Assembly (NCBI GenBank): GCA_041737965.1
Contig: JBGSQT010000030.1
Span: forward strand, 6,633 to 70,632
Length of the DNA stretch: 64,000 nucleotides
Reading direction: 5' to 3'
Origin: Spirochaetota bacterium
GTDB taxonomy: Bacteria; Spirochaetota; UBA4802; UBA5550
Part shown: positions 9,059-18,872 of the stretch, piece by piece
Layout of the letters: each line of letters opens with the position of its first letter
Numbering within the stretch: the first letter of the stretch is position 1
The notes under the pieces: model-generated
Told to the model about the DNA's origin: nothing
Databases searched by the model: none
What the model saw: the letters and a program-made list of their open reading frames with translations, nothing else
Made by a program: the position numbers and the translations under genes

Positions 9059-10678
9059 CTACGGGATCGATCCCGCCCGGACGCACACGGTGACCTCGCA
9101 CGGCGCCAGCGTGCAGTTGCCCCTGGGCAGGACTTCGACGCGGGACCGGTGCGTCGAAAACACCGGCGCCCAGTTGTCGTCGCCGGTGATGGCGAAAGAG
9201 CGCGGCGCGGACGCGAAATTCAGCATGACCATTGCCTTGCCGGAATCGTGGGTCCTGATGAAGGCCAGTATGTCTCCGGTCTCGGTAACGGGGACCCATT
9301 CGCCGAGACGAAGCGCCGGGACCCTCTTTCTCAGGCCGATGATCATGCGGACGAAGTTGAGCATGGAACCCTCATCGGCCCGCTGCGATTCCGCGTTTCG
9401 ACCGGTATAATCAGGATTGACCGGGAGCCACGGTTCCCCTGCGGTGAAGCCGCCATGCCTGGAGCCGTTCCACTGCATGGGTGTCCGTTCAGGGTCCCGC
9501 CCCTTGTGGAAGGGCCAGTATTTTATTCCCACCGGGTCCTGTATCCGCTCTCTCGGTATCCTGCCGCGGGACATGCCGATCTCATCGCCGTAGTAGAGAA
9601 AGGGGGTCCCCTTGCCGGTAAGAAGAAGCGCCAGGAGGACCTTCATCCTCTCTTCACGGCGGGTGCGGCCGACCCGTGCGGACATACGCGGTTTGTCGTG
9701 GTTCGACAGCACGTTGCACGGCCAGCCTGCAGGCGGAATTGCCCCGTACCAGCGCTCGAGAATGCCGCGGTAATCGCCGGCGTTCCACCTCCGATGGTGG
9801 ATGAGTGAAAAATCGAAGGCCAGGTGAAGCTCGTCGGTACCGTTCCCCAGGTACGACGCCGAAGTGACCGGATCGTCATGGGTGAATATCTCCCCAACCA
9901 GCATTGTCCCGTCATACCGGTTCATGAGCTCCCGGAGCTCCCGGAAGACGCCGTGGGTCTCGGGCCTGTCCCGGTCGTAGACATGGCGCTGCCAGTCATA
10001 GGGCCTCGGATTCGGTCCCGGCGCGATCGGGTTGTCGCGGAAGAGCTCGTCTTTGATGTAGTAGTTCGCGACGTCGAGCCTGAATCCGTCAACGCCTTTG
10101 TCGAGCCAGAACTTGAATTCTCCGTATACCGCTTTCCTCAGCTCCCGGTTTCTCCAGTTGAAGTCCGGCTGTTCCTTCAGGAAGGAGTGGTGGTAATACT
10201 GTGCGGTCTTTTCATCGTATTCCCAGGCCCGGCCGCCGAAAACGCCGTACCAGTTGTTCGGTTCCCTTCCGTTTCTGCCGTCGTGCCACAGAAACCAGTC
10301 GCGTTTCGGATTGTTCCGGGAAGATCTGGACTCGAGAAACCAGGGGTGAAGGTGCGATGAATGATTCACCACGAGGTCCATGACAACGCGTATATTTTTC
10401 CGGTGCGCCTCGGCGATGAACCTGTCCATGTCCTTCATCGTGCCGAAGACCGGGTCTATGGCGCGGTAATCGCTGACATCGTACCCGAAATCGAACATCG
10501 GCGACGTGTTGATGGGGGACAGCCAGACGGCGTCAATGCCCAAATCCTGCAGGTAGTCGAGTTTTTCGGTTATGCCCGGGATGTCGCCGATGCCGTCGCC
10601 GTTGGAATCGTAAAAGCTCCTCGGGTATATCTGATAAATGATCCCCTCTTTCCACCAGTTGAAGTTGTCTTCCGTCAT
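9059..10678 (-). CDS. GH13 alpha-glucosidase / oligo-1,6-glucosidase
   Basis: WWKEGIIYQIYPRSFYDSNGDGIGD, DLVVNH, GVDGFRLDV, VGE and NHD catalytic motifs; start at MTEDNF. Confidence 0.95.
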   Translation of the reverse strand: MTEDNFNWWKEGIIYQIYPRSFYDSNGDGIGDIPGITEKLDYLQDLGIDAVWLSPINTSPMFDFGYDVSDYRAIDPVFGTMKDMDRFIAEAHRKNIRVVMDLVVNHSSHLHPWFLESRSSRNNPKRDWFLWHDGRNGREPNNWYGVFGGRAWEYDEKTAQYYHHSFLKEQPDFNWRNRELRKAVYGEFKFWLDKGVDGFRLDVANYYIKDELFRDNPIAPGPNPRPYDWQRHVYDRDRPETHGVFRELRELMNRYDGTMLVGEIFTHDDPVTSASYLGNGTDELHLAFDFSLIHHRRWNAGDYRGILERWYGAIPPAGWPCNVLSNHDKPRMSARVGRTRREERMKVLLALLLTGKGTPFLYYGDEIGMSRGRIPRERIQDPVGIKYWPFHKGRDPERTPMQWNGSRHGGFTAGEPWLPVNPDYTGRNAESQRADEGSMLNFVRMIIGLRKRVPALRLGEWVPVTETGDILAFIRTHDSGKAMVMLNFASAPRSFAITGDDNWAPVFSTHRSRVEVLPRGNCTLAPCEVTVCVRAGSIP

Positions 10679-10799
10679 TTTTTCCCTCCGGGGCGGACAA
10701 GCCGGGTCACAGTGTAACCGCTCAGCCGGCGGTTGCAAGTAAAATACGGGAACCGGCGGAATTCCCCGGGAGATTAAATCCCGGCGTGCCGGTTATCCC

Positions 10800-11057
10800 T
10801 CAGTGCGTGTGGGTGTGAAGTTCCTTTTCGTGTTCACTGTGATCGTGCAGGTGATCGCCGTGTTCGCCCACGTGCCCGTGTTGATGGGTCGTCTCTCCTT
10901 CATGAGTATGGGCGTGGCCGTGCAGGTGAGGGTGTTCGTGCGCGTGCCTGTGGTCGTGTTCGTGGGAATGCTCGGCGCCGTCATGGGTGTGACGGTGAGA
11001 ATGCCTGTGTTCATGATCGTGTGTATGGGAATGGTTGTGTTCGTGGTTTCCTTCCAT
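10800..11057 (-). CDS. Histidine-rich metal-binding peptide (85 aa, 34 His)
   Basis: CAGGAG RBS 7 nt before the ATG; alternating HxH runs; hairpin follows the stop codon. Confidence 0.8.
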   Translation of the reverse strand: MEGNHEHNHSHTHDHEHRHSHRHTHDGAEHSHEHDHRHAHEHPHLHGHAHTHEGETTHQHGHVGEHGDHLHDHSEHEKELHTHTH

Positions 11058-11131
11058 AACTGATCTCCTGTCGGTTTTTCAATTCTCGCTATTAATATAC
11101 GCGATTTACGGGCCGCCGGCCACCGAAAAAA

Positions 11132-11473
11132 TCACTCCACCAGGTACTCCAGTTCAAAGGTTTCGCGTGAGACCACCTTCAGCAGTTTGTAGAGGTTGGT
11201 GACCCTGAATATCTCAAGTATGGTCGGATTCAGGTCAAACAAAACGAGTTTGATGCCGCCGCTCATGGTGCTGTGGGAGAGTTTGAACAGGTGATTTATT
11301 CCCACCGAGTCGATGAAGTCGAGGTCGCGGCAGTCCAGGCCTATGACATCGGGCCTTTTTTTTATCTCTGTTTCGCAGATGTCGTCGAAATCCTCGATAA
11401 CCTTGATGGTAAGCGAACCGAAAATTTTTATGACCGAAACTCCTCTGTGTTCTTCCACCTCGGCGATGCTCAT
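11132..11473 (-). CDS. STAS-domain anti-sigma-factor antagonist
   Basis: LDCRDLDFIDSVGI with the phospho-acceptor Ser; IFRVTNL. Confidence 0.9.
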   Translation of the reverse strand: MSIAEVEEHRGVSVIKIFGSLTIKVIEDFDDICETEIKKRPDVIGLDCRDLDFIDSVGINHLFKLSHSTMSGGIKLVLFDLNPTILEIFRVTNLYKLLKVVSRETFELEYLVE

Positions 11474-11694
11474 TGTTCCTTACCTCGTGTACACCCTGGG
11501 AGCCTGTTCTTTCAGGTGAGGCCTGCCCTCATCTGTATTGTAATGCAACGGCGCGGTATATGCAAGTATTTTTTGCCCCGACCCTGGATTTGGCGGCGGC
11601 AATGCCTGCTTTTTATCGTAATTTCGTCGTATCCTTTCGGCTTGACATTTCGGTATCATGGTATACACTTCGATTAAAAAAAAGCGGTGTGGAT

Positions 11695-12069
11695 ATGGAT
11701 GATGCGGTGGTTCTTGTGGTGGATGACGAGGAGATTCTCCGCAAGTCGCTGAGGAGTTTTCTCGAAGACGAAGGATTCACGGTGGAGACCGCGGCAGGCG
11801 GCTCGGAGGCGCTCGGCATCGTTGAAAGCGCCCCGGTCGCGGTGATGCTGGTGGACATGAATCTCCCCGATATGAACGGAGAGAGCGTGATCCTGCGGGC
11901 CCTGAAAATCCGCCCCTCCCTGAAAATAATCGTGCATACCGGCGACAGCGGCTACAGCCTCCCGGAAATACTTGTCGCGGAGGGGGTGTCGGAGGAGGAC
12001 ATTCTGTTCAAGCCGGTTCTCGACATGGACCGCATCGCCGCTCTTGTCCGACGCGTTATCAAAGCCTGA
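11695..12069 (+). CDS. Single-domain response regulator (REC)
   Basis: VLVVDDE, VDMNLPDMNG, HTG and KP motifs; start at MDDAVV. Confidence 0.9.
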   Translation: MDDAVVLVVDDEEILRKSLRSFLEDEGFTVETAAGGSEALGIVESAPVAVMLVDMNLPDMNGESVILRALKIRPSLKIIVHTGDSGYSLPEILVAEGVSEEDILFKPVLDMDRIAALVRRVIKA

Positions 12070-12207
12070 CTGCCGTATGCCGCGCACCGGCGCCCGGATC
12101 AGCCGGAGGGCGGTGAAATAATTGTTGACGTCATCATATATCGCCTGTTTAGTTTTTAAATATACTTGCCGCCGATCTGCGGCGATATCCGGGATTTGGG
12201 TGTGCGG

Positions 12208-13929
12208 ATGTACAAGCGAATCATCGAAATAATGAACAAGATCAATTCCTCCCTCAACCTGAGGACGCTTTTGTCTACGATCATCGATTCAGCCATGGAC
12301 CTGCTGAACGCGGAAGGGGCGTCGCTTCTTCTCCAGGACAGGGAAACGGAGCGGCTGATATTCGACGTGGTGATCAGCGACAAGGGGGAGATCATCAGGG
12401 GGAACGCCCTGGAGGTCGGCGAGGGGATCGCGGGGCATGTGGCGTTGACCGGCGAAAGCGTCATCTGCAACGACGTCGTTTCAGACCCGAGGTTCTCCCC
12501 CGCCATCGACAACGCCAGCGGTTTCGTCACCAGAAACATCATGGCGGTGCCGGTGAAAATCAGGGAAAAACTCATCGGCGTACTGGAGGTGGTGAACTCG
12601 AAGTCGGGAGGGTTCCACAAAAAAGACCTCGGGATGCTGATGTACGTGGCCGACGCCGCGGCCGTGTCTATTCACAACCACGAGCTTCTCACCAGCCTTA
12701 ACAACCGGGTGGACGAGCTCACCTGCATCTACGACATATCGCAGTCGATATATTTCACCTTCGACATAGAGGAGTTTTTATCGAGGATACTCTCGGCGGT
12801 GAACAAGATCATCAGGGCTGACCGGTGCTCTTTCGTGATACTGGACGCATCCGGCAGGCACGCCGCCTATTTCGTCGCAACCGACGGGGTCCGGCGCGAG
12901 GTGGACCTGGAGAAAAGCATGATGTGGCACGTGATACAGTCGGGCGATCCGATGCTGGTTCACGACATAGAAAACGACCAGAAATGCCGCTCCATGATCA
13001 AGGTCAGCGCGCGATACGCCTCAAAATCCTTTCTCTGCGTACCCATGAAGCTCAGGGACAGGATTATCGGCGTGCTCAACGTCACCGACAAGCCGGGAGG
13101 CGAGATATTCGACTCATTCGACCTGCGAGTGCTCTCGACCATCGCAAACCACGTGGCAGAGACCTACGAAAACGTGATGCTTCAGAAGATGAACCATGAA
13201 AAACAGCTCATGGACCAGGAGATGACCATCGCTGCGGAGATACAGGCCAAGGCGGTGTCCCGTATTCCCGCCTCCATAGAAGGTGCGTCGCTTGGCGGGT
13301 TCTCGATTCCCTCGAGTGCGGTGGGGGGCGATTTTCTCGAGCTCCTGGCGTATGACGGCAATTACTTCGGGGGCGCCGTGGGAGACGTGTCGGGAAAGGG
13401 GGTGCCGGCCGCGCTCTTTATGAACGTGGTGCGAAACGCCCTGCGTTTCGAGACCGAGCGCCACAAGGAGCCGGACGCCGTGCTCGAGTCGGTGAACCGG
13501 CGGGTGTACCGCGAGTCCCACAGCGGCATGTTCTGCACCTTTTTTTATTTTCTATCCGACCGGCGCAACAGGACCGTGCGGTACGCCTCGGCGGGTCACA
13601 ACACACAGTTTTTTTACCACCGGGGAAAGGACGAATTCACGGTCCTCAAGCAAAGGGGGAAACCGCTGGGCATCGGCCAGGATGTAGTGTACGATGTCGG
13701 CGCCGTCAGGTGCGATCCGGGCGATTTCCTCGTCCTGTTCACCGACGGCGTGGTGGACGAATCTTCGCAGAGGGGCATGTCGGCCGATGAGCTGAAGAAT
13801 TTCATAAGGCGCGGCAGGGACATGAAGGCGCCGGAAGTGGCGGACATGATACGGAAAGAGGTGATTCGCGCGCCGGGAAATTCCCCGCTTCAGGACGATT
13901 CCACGCTCCTGCTGGTGAGGTTCGAGTGA
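12208..13929 (+). CDS. GAF-GAF-SpoIIE (PP2C) serine phosphatase, RsbU-like
   Basis: Two GAF repeats (IGVLEVVN; IGVLNVTDK) followed by VGGDF, GDVSGKGVPAAL, SAGHN, FTDGV and DDSTL. Confidence 0.93.
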   Translation: MYKRIIEIMNKINSSLNLRTLLSTIIDSAMDLLNAEGASLLLQDRETERLIFDVVISDKGEIIRGNALEVGEGIAGHVALTGESVICNDVVSDPRFSPAIDNASGFVTRNIMAVPVKIREKLIGVLEVVNSKSGGFHKKDLGMLMYVADAAAVSIHNHELLTSLNNRVDELTCIYDISQSIYFTFDIEEFLSRILSAVNKIIRADRCSFVILDASGRHAAYFVATDGVRREVDLEKSMMWHVIQSGDPMLVHDIENDQKCRSMIKVSARYASKSFLCVPMKLRDRIIGVLNVTDKPGGEIFDSFDLRVLSTIANHVAETYENVMLQKMNHEKQLMDQEMTIAAEIQAKAVSRIPASIEGASLGGFSIPSSAVGGDFLELLAYDGNYFGGAVGDVSGKGVPAALFMNVVRNALRFETERHKEPDAVLESVNRRVYRESHSGMFCTFFYFLSDRRNRTVRYASAGHNTQFFYHRGKDEFTVLKQRGKPLGIGQDVVYDVGAVRCDPGDFLVLFTDGVVDESSQRGMSADELKNFIRRGRDMKAPEVADMIRKEVIRAPGNSPLQDDSTLLLVRFE

Positions 13930-13948
13930 GCCTGGCCGTGCCGGACCT

Positions 13949-14176
13949 CTAATCGGCAGGAATGCCCCCCTGTCCTTCGTCGCGGCTGTAGCCTTCAATC
14001 TCCCTGAGTACCTCGAAATTCCTGAGCTCCTTCAGGTTCTGGCGCAGGAGATCCACGGTCTGGGAAAGAAGACTTTCAGGATCATTCATCGGATCGATGG
14101 TCCTGGAGAGCGTGTCGAGGTTGTGCTCCGCCAGTTCCAGGTTTGTGATCAGCGTTTCCAGAATTTTATCGTCCAT
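13949..14176 (-). CDS. Small acidic helical hypothetical protein
   Basis: 75-aa ORF with a coiled-coil-like Leu pattern filling the intergenic gap. Confidence 0.55.
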   Translation of the reverse strand: MDDKILETLITNLELAEHNLDTLSRTIDPMNDPESLLSQTVDLLRQNLKELRNFEVLREIEGYSRDEGQGGIPAD

Positions 14177-14242
14177 GATCGTACCGTTTATAAGAATATA
14201 CCATGCAGACATGAAGGTCAAACATATTTTTACCCCCCTGTC

Positions 14243-15055
14243 CTATTTTCCTTTCAGTGCCGATACGGCCGACACGAACTCCCTTATTCGGTTCCAATAA
14301 CGTTTGTTTCTGGGGAGGTCGTTGTGGCCGGCATTAAATGAAACGAAAGACGAGCCCGGGGCCGCGGCCTTCAGCCGGAGCCCGTGATGATACGGGATAA
14401 CCATGTCCCCGGTCCCGTGCAGTATCATCACCGGTCCCCGGAATTCCCCGAGGGCCGCCAGGTTGTCGTAGCGGTCCCTCAGAAGAAATCCCGGCACCAG
14501 GTATTTGGCCGCCATGGCGTCCATTCCGGTGAAGGCCGATTCAAGCACAAGCCCGGCGAGCTTTCTCCGGCGCGACAGGGCGCAGACAACGCCGCCCCCC
14601 AGGGATTTTCCGTGAGCCAGCACCGTGCCGTTCCGCACCCCCTTCTCCCTCACCAGCCAGTCGTACCCGTCGGCAAAGAGGGCGGTAATGGCCTCCTGGT
14701 CCGGGATGCCGGAAGACCTCCCGTAACCGGGGAATTCCACCAGCAGAACATGGAGCCCCATGTCGCGGTACGGCAGAAGCGCGTCCGCGTTATCGTCGAT
14801 AAGCTCGTAGTTGCCGTGGGCGTAGATAAGGGCCCCTCTGGGGGATTGCGCAGGAATAAACCACGCCTCCACCCGGGCGCCCCCGCGGGAAAACCGGACA
14901 ACCTCGGTGCCCTCCGGCGGTTTGCCATGACGCGGGCCTATCATGGTGCCGGGATAGATCATATAACGCTGGGAGGCCACAAGTGCCAGGCAGTAGAGGC
15001 AATAAATCGCCGCGGCCGCAGGCAGGGCCTTCAGCAGGCGGCGTTGTGCGCGCAT
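14243..15055 (-). CDS. Alpha/beta hydrolase (ABHD13/BEM46-like)
   Basis: N-terminal TM, YAHGN, PGYGRSSG, GKSLGG nucleophile elbow, HGTGD and GHND. Confidence 0.9.
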   Translation of the reverse strand: MRAQRRLLKALPAAAAIYCLYCLALVASQRYMIYPGTMIGPRHGKPPEGTEVVRFSRGGARVEAWFIPAQSPRGALIYAHGNYELIDDNADALLPYRDMGLHVLLVEFPGYGRSSGIPDQEAITALFADGYDWLVREKGVRNGTVLAHGKSLGGGVVCALSRRRKLAGLVLESAFTGMDAMAAKYLVPGFLLRDRYDNLAALGEFRGPVMILHGTGDMVIPYHHGLRLKAAAPGSSFVSFNAGHNDLPRNKRYWNRIREFVSAVSALKGK

Positions 15056-15239
15056 GCAAGCCTCCTGTAAAACCGTCTCAGGATACCATGCCCGTACCGG
15101 TCCGCGCAATGTTTTTTTTCATCCGCCGCGCTTTCCGGGAGCGGACCGCGGGCATTTATTGCTGTTGACGGTGGATCGTCATCGTGATTAATTGTCAGCC
15201 CTCGCCGGTATGGGGCGGATATCACGGCTGGATGGGATC

Positions 15240-16061
15240 ATGGACGTACTCAGAATGACAGGCGTTTCGCTCAGGTTTCCCTCCACCGGCAGGGAAATAC
15301 TGAAGGACATTTCATGGACCGTCGGCGCCGGCGAAAAGTGGGTACTTTTCGGAAGAAACGGCGCCGGGAAATCCAAGCTCCTGGAGGTGATTACCGGATA
15401 CCAGTCGCCGAGTTCAGGCACGGTGATCCGTTACGGCCGGGAAAGAGGCGACGTGAGGGATGCCCGAAAGCGGATCGGGTATACGGGAAGCGCCCTCAGA
15501 AACATGTTTCCGCGGAGAGACACCTCGCTTGAGGTGGTGCTGAGCGGACTGGATGGGTCGATCGGACTGTATCGATCCTTCAGCGGCGCCGAGATCGGCG
15601 AGGTGAGGAGACTGATGCGCGATGCCGCCATGGAGCGCCTGGAATCGGCCCCATTTTGCACGCTTTCGGACGGTGAGAAACAGCGCGTGCTCATGCTTCG
15701 GGCGGCGTTTCCGGCGCCGGATCTTCTGGTCCTGGACGAGCCGGCCGAAGGGCTCGATTTCGGAGCAAGGGAGGACCTCCTGGAAACTCTGGAAAAGCTG
15801 ACTGCGGCGCGCCCGGCGGCGCTTATCTACGTGACCCACCATGTGGAGGAGATCACGCCGCTTTTTTCCATGTTATTCATGCTCCATGAGGGGGCGGCGG
15901 CAGTTTCCGGCAGGATCGAAGAGGTGCTCACGGAAAAGACGCTCACGCGCGTATTCGGGAGGACGGTCCGGCTCAGACGCGCAGAGGGGAGATATCACGC
16001 ATACAGGTCAGAAACGGGGACCGCGCTTGCCGGGACAGGCGGCGGGCCTATTTTTTCTTGA
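15240..16061 (+). CDS. ABC transporter ATP-binding protein (ModF/YlmA-like), no permease adjacent
   Basis: Walker A GRNGAGKS, signature LSDGEKQ, Walker B LLVLDEP, VTHH. Confidence 0.88.
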   Translation: MDVLRMTGVSLRFPSTGREILKDISWTVGAGEKWVLFGRNGAGKSKLLEVITGYQSPSSGTVIRYGRERGDVRDARKRIGYTGSALRNMFPRRDTSLEVVLSGLDGSIGLYRSFSGAEIGEVRRLMRDAAMERLESAPFCTLSDGEKQRVLMLRAAFPAPDLLVLDEPAEGLDFGAREDLLETLEKLTAARPAALIYVTHHVEEITPLFSMLFMLHEGAAAVSGRIEEVLTEKTLTRVFGRTVRLRRAEGRYHAYRSETGTALAGTGGGPIFS

Positions 16062-16126
16062 CAGGGGATTTTAGTACACCGTAGCGTGTGCGGATCACGG
16101 CAATATCAGAAGAGGCGGCAAGCGAT

Positions 16127-17230
16127 ATGGGAAGAAAAATTCGGGTTGGCATTCTTTTCGGCGGCAGGTCGGCGGAACACGAGGTATCGCTCCAGTCGGC
16201 GAAAAGCATCATCGAGGCGATAGACAGGAGCAGATACGATCTCACCCTCATCGGGATCGACCGTCAGGGGAAGTGGTTTCTTGCGGACGAGCGGAAGTAC
16301 CTTGAAAACCCGGACGATCCCGCGGCCATTTCCATCGCCCCCTCGGCCGAGGAGCTGGCGCTGGTTCCGGGCGACGAGGACCGCGCGGTCATGAACATGA
16401 CCTCCCTCAGTGCCGTGGACAAGCTGGACGTGGTGTTTCCGGTGCTCCACGGGACTTTCGGCGAAGACGGCACGGTGCAGGGGCTTCTCAAGCTCGCCGA
16501 TATCCCCTTTGTGGGGGCCGGCGTTCTCGGTTCCGCCGTGGGCATGGACAAGGACGTGATGAAGCGCCTTCTCCGGGACGCGGGGATTCCGGTGCCGAAG
16601 TTTCTTGTATACGGCAGGGCGGAGGGCAGGTCAGCCGGGTACGAAACCGTCGCGGCCGCGCTGGGGGGCACGGTGTTTCTGAAGCCGGCCAATTGCGGTT
16701 CCTCCGTGGGAGTGAGCAAGGCGAAAAACGAGGCGGAGTTCAGAAAGGCCCTGGAACTGGCATTCCGGTACGACCATAAGGTGATAATCGAGGAGGCCGT
16801 CGACGGCCGTGAAATCGAGTGCTCCGTGCTGGGAAACGAGGAGCCACTGGCCTCGGTGCCGGGGGAAATCCTGCCGAAACACGAGTTTTACTCCTACGAG
16901 GCGAAATATATCGACGGCGAGGGGGCGGCGCTCAGAATTCCGGCTGACCTTGCCGGGGAAGTTTCCGACAGGGTGAGGGCCATGGCGGTCAACGCGTACA
17001 GGGTGCTCTGCTGCGAGGGTATGGCCAGGGTGGACATGTTCCTCACCAAAAATGGTGATATATTGGTGAACGAAATCAATACGCTCCCAGGATTCACGAA
17101 AATCAGCATGTATCCGAAGCTCTGGGAGGCAACCGGCGTCTCCTATCGGGAGCTGATTGACCGTCTCATCTCCCTTGCCCTGGAAAGGCACGAAAGGGAC
17201 CGCGTTCTGATGACAAGGACCGATGCCTGA
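16127..17230 (+). CDS. ddl: D-alanine--D-alanine ligase
   Basis: FGGRSAEHEVS, LHGTFGEDG, GSSVG, FYSYEAKY and NEINTLPGFT motifs. Confidence 0.97.
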   Translation: MGRKIRVGILFGGRSAEHEVSLQSAKSIIEAIDRSRYDLTLIGIDRQGKWFLADERKYLENPDDPAAISIAPSAEELALVPGDEDRAVMNMTSLSAVDKLDVVFPVLHGTFGEDGTVQGLLKLADIPFVGAGVLGSAVGMDKDVMKRLLRDAGIPVPKFLVYGRAEGRSAGYETVAAALGGTVFLKPANCGSSVGVSKAKNEAEFRKALELAFRYDHKVIIEEAVDGREIECSVLGNEEPLASVPGEILPKHEFYSYEAKYIDGEGAALRIPADLAGEVSDRVRAMAVNAYRVLCCEGMARVDMFLTKNGDILVNEINTLPGFTKISMYPKLWEATGVSYRELIDRLISLALERHERDRVLMTRTDA

Positions 17231-17453
17231 ATCGCGCGTCCGACCCGTTCCCGCGTTTCAGTTATGCGGAATCGGAGCGGCGCTCCAAGGTGCGGCAAAA
17301 CCCGGCAATTAAGGCCGATAATGGAGCACATGACCTCTGTTATTTTTTTTTAACGTATTTGCGGCGGTTTCATTTTTTTTTATTGACACCTCCCGCACCG
17401 GTCTTAATTTTTAGAAAAATTTTTCCTCCTTTCCGGTTGATCGGGATATAACT

Positions 17454-17996
17454 ATGAACAAACAAGAATCGCTGCTTTTCAACTCAAAGACTCCTGAAGA
17501 CTATATCGACAACTCCCTGAAGTGCAAACTGCCTTCGGGCAGAAAAGCCTACATCACAAGGCTGTGGCTCGAAAAAAAGAAATACACCATTGACGACATA
17601 AAGAAGGCGAGAAACCGGCATCCTTTCTGGAAAAAGAAAAAGATGGAAGGGAGCACGCAGCGCAACGAATTGAGGCGCAGGGAGCACGACTACAGCGGCA
17701 ACGGCACGATCGAATGGGACGAGTCGGTCATCGTGGAGTTCATCGGGATGAACAAGAAGGATAAAAACGGGAACTATGTGCAAAAGGATTTCGAGCTGGC
17801 GCGTCACTTCGCCACGTCAATTCCGTCGATCCAGCATTACAGGCGCAAATACAACATGGTGATGGCCATACTCACCAAGGAAAAAACCGCCCCCACAATA
17901 AAAAGGATTTACGGATACATCGTCCACAGCGAACAGCGGCTCAGGAAAATCCTGAAGGGACAGGTAAAAAAGTCGAAGACCCGTTCCGGAAAGTAA
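17454..17996 (+). CDS. Basic Lys/Arg-rich hypothetical protein with possible HTH
   Basis: 180-aa ORF with TTGACA upstream (17383); DFELARHFATSIPSIQHYRRK resembles an HTH. Confidence 0.75.
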   Translation: MNKQESLLFNSKTPEDYIDNSLKCKLPSGRKAYITRLWLEKKKYTIDDIKKARNRHPFWKKKKMEGSTQRNELRRREHDYSGNGTIEWDESVIVEFIGMNKKDKNGNYVQKDFELARHFATSIPSIQHYRRKYNMVMAILTKEKTAPTIKRIYGYIVHSEQRLRKILKGQVKKSKTRSGK

Positions 17997-18002
17997 TCCC
18001 TC

Positions 18003-18638
18003 TTAAAAAGTATGCGCAGACAGTGCTTTCTGCGCCAGCAGGTAGACGCCGAAGACAAGAAGTACGACTCCCAGCAGTTTGTTGAGACGGACCAGCGACC
18101 TGTCGGAAAGTTTCTGCTTGATAAACACGGCCAGCCCGGTTAGAAGAAAAAACCATATCGTTGATCCGAGAAAAATGCCCGCCAACAGAATCGTGGACGT
18201 GGCCGGCCCGCTTTCGGCGGTCATCACATTGAAGAGCGCCAGGACCGTCATGTACGCGATGATTGTCATCGGGTTGGTGAGGGTCAGCAGAAATGTGGTG
18301 AAATACGACTGGATCATGCTGTCGCGCCCCGCCTTCAGGGTGTCGATTCCGCCGCTGTCGAAAATCATTTTCACTCCGATCAGGACGATCATCAGCCCGC
18401 CGACGGTTCGTATCAGGACATCGTTTTTCAGGAAAAAATTCGACAGTACGGACACGCCGAAGATCGCCACGCCTCCGAAGAGCATGTCCGCGGTCGCGGC
18501 CCCGAGGCCTGACACGAATCCGAACCTCTTGCCGTTGCTGATGGAAAGGTGAATGCACATTATCCCGATAGGTCCTATGGGAACTGCGATGGAAAACCCG
18601 ATTATGAGCCCTTTTGCAAGAAAAACGAGATAAGTCAT
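18003..18638 (-). CDS. LysE-family translocator
   Basis: IAVPIGPIG, GLGAATAD and LTLTNPMTI motifs. Confidence 0.92.
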   Translation of the reverse strand: MTYLVFLAKGLIIGFSIAVPIGPIGIMCIHLSISNGKRFGFVSGLGAATADMLFGGVAIFGVSVLSNFFLKNDVLIRTVGGLMIVLIGVKMIFDSGGIDTLKAGRDSMIQSYFTTFLLTLTNPMTIIAYMTVLALFNVMTAESGPATSTILLAGIFLGSTIWFFLLTGLAVFIKQKLSDRSLVRLNKLLGVVLLVFGVYLLAQKALSAHTF

Positions 18639-18872
18639 TCACCCTGCCCGGAGTGTGCCGTCCCCCTTTGGAATCGCGTATTGCGTTGCCGTGAAGGAGC
18701 CATGCTAACAGGAAAACGCGCGGGGTGTCAATAGTTAAATACAGACTGAAACGGCATCACGGCGCCCTTGACTTTTTCCTCCGCGAACGCTAACTTTATG
18801 TATCGGACGGTAACAATCACAGGCGCCTTAAGGGCGGGCGATGCCCCTCTGAAGGAGCAGGGAGGAAAACAT

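Noticed and set aside
10745-10802. Selenocysteine read-through of the His-rich peptide's TGA
   Set aside because: A hairpin follows the stop, but the read-through sequence is not protein-like and the His pattern ends cleanly at the TGA; a terminator-like role is simpler.
10803-11063. Val-rich plus-strand ORF as a membrane protein
   Set aside because: It is the antisense shadow of His codons (CAC/CAT read as GTG/ATG); the RBS supports the minus-strand gene.
17235-17350. c-di-GMP-I riboswitch (GGCAAAACCC) after ddl
   Set aside because: Lacks the GNRA/receptor pair and the GCAAAGC...CUAA P2; only loose hairpins before a T run.
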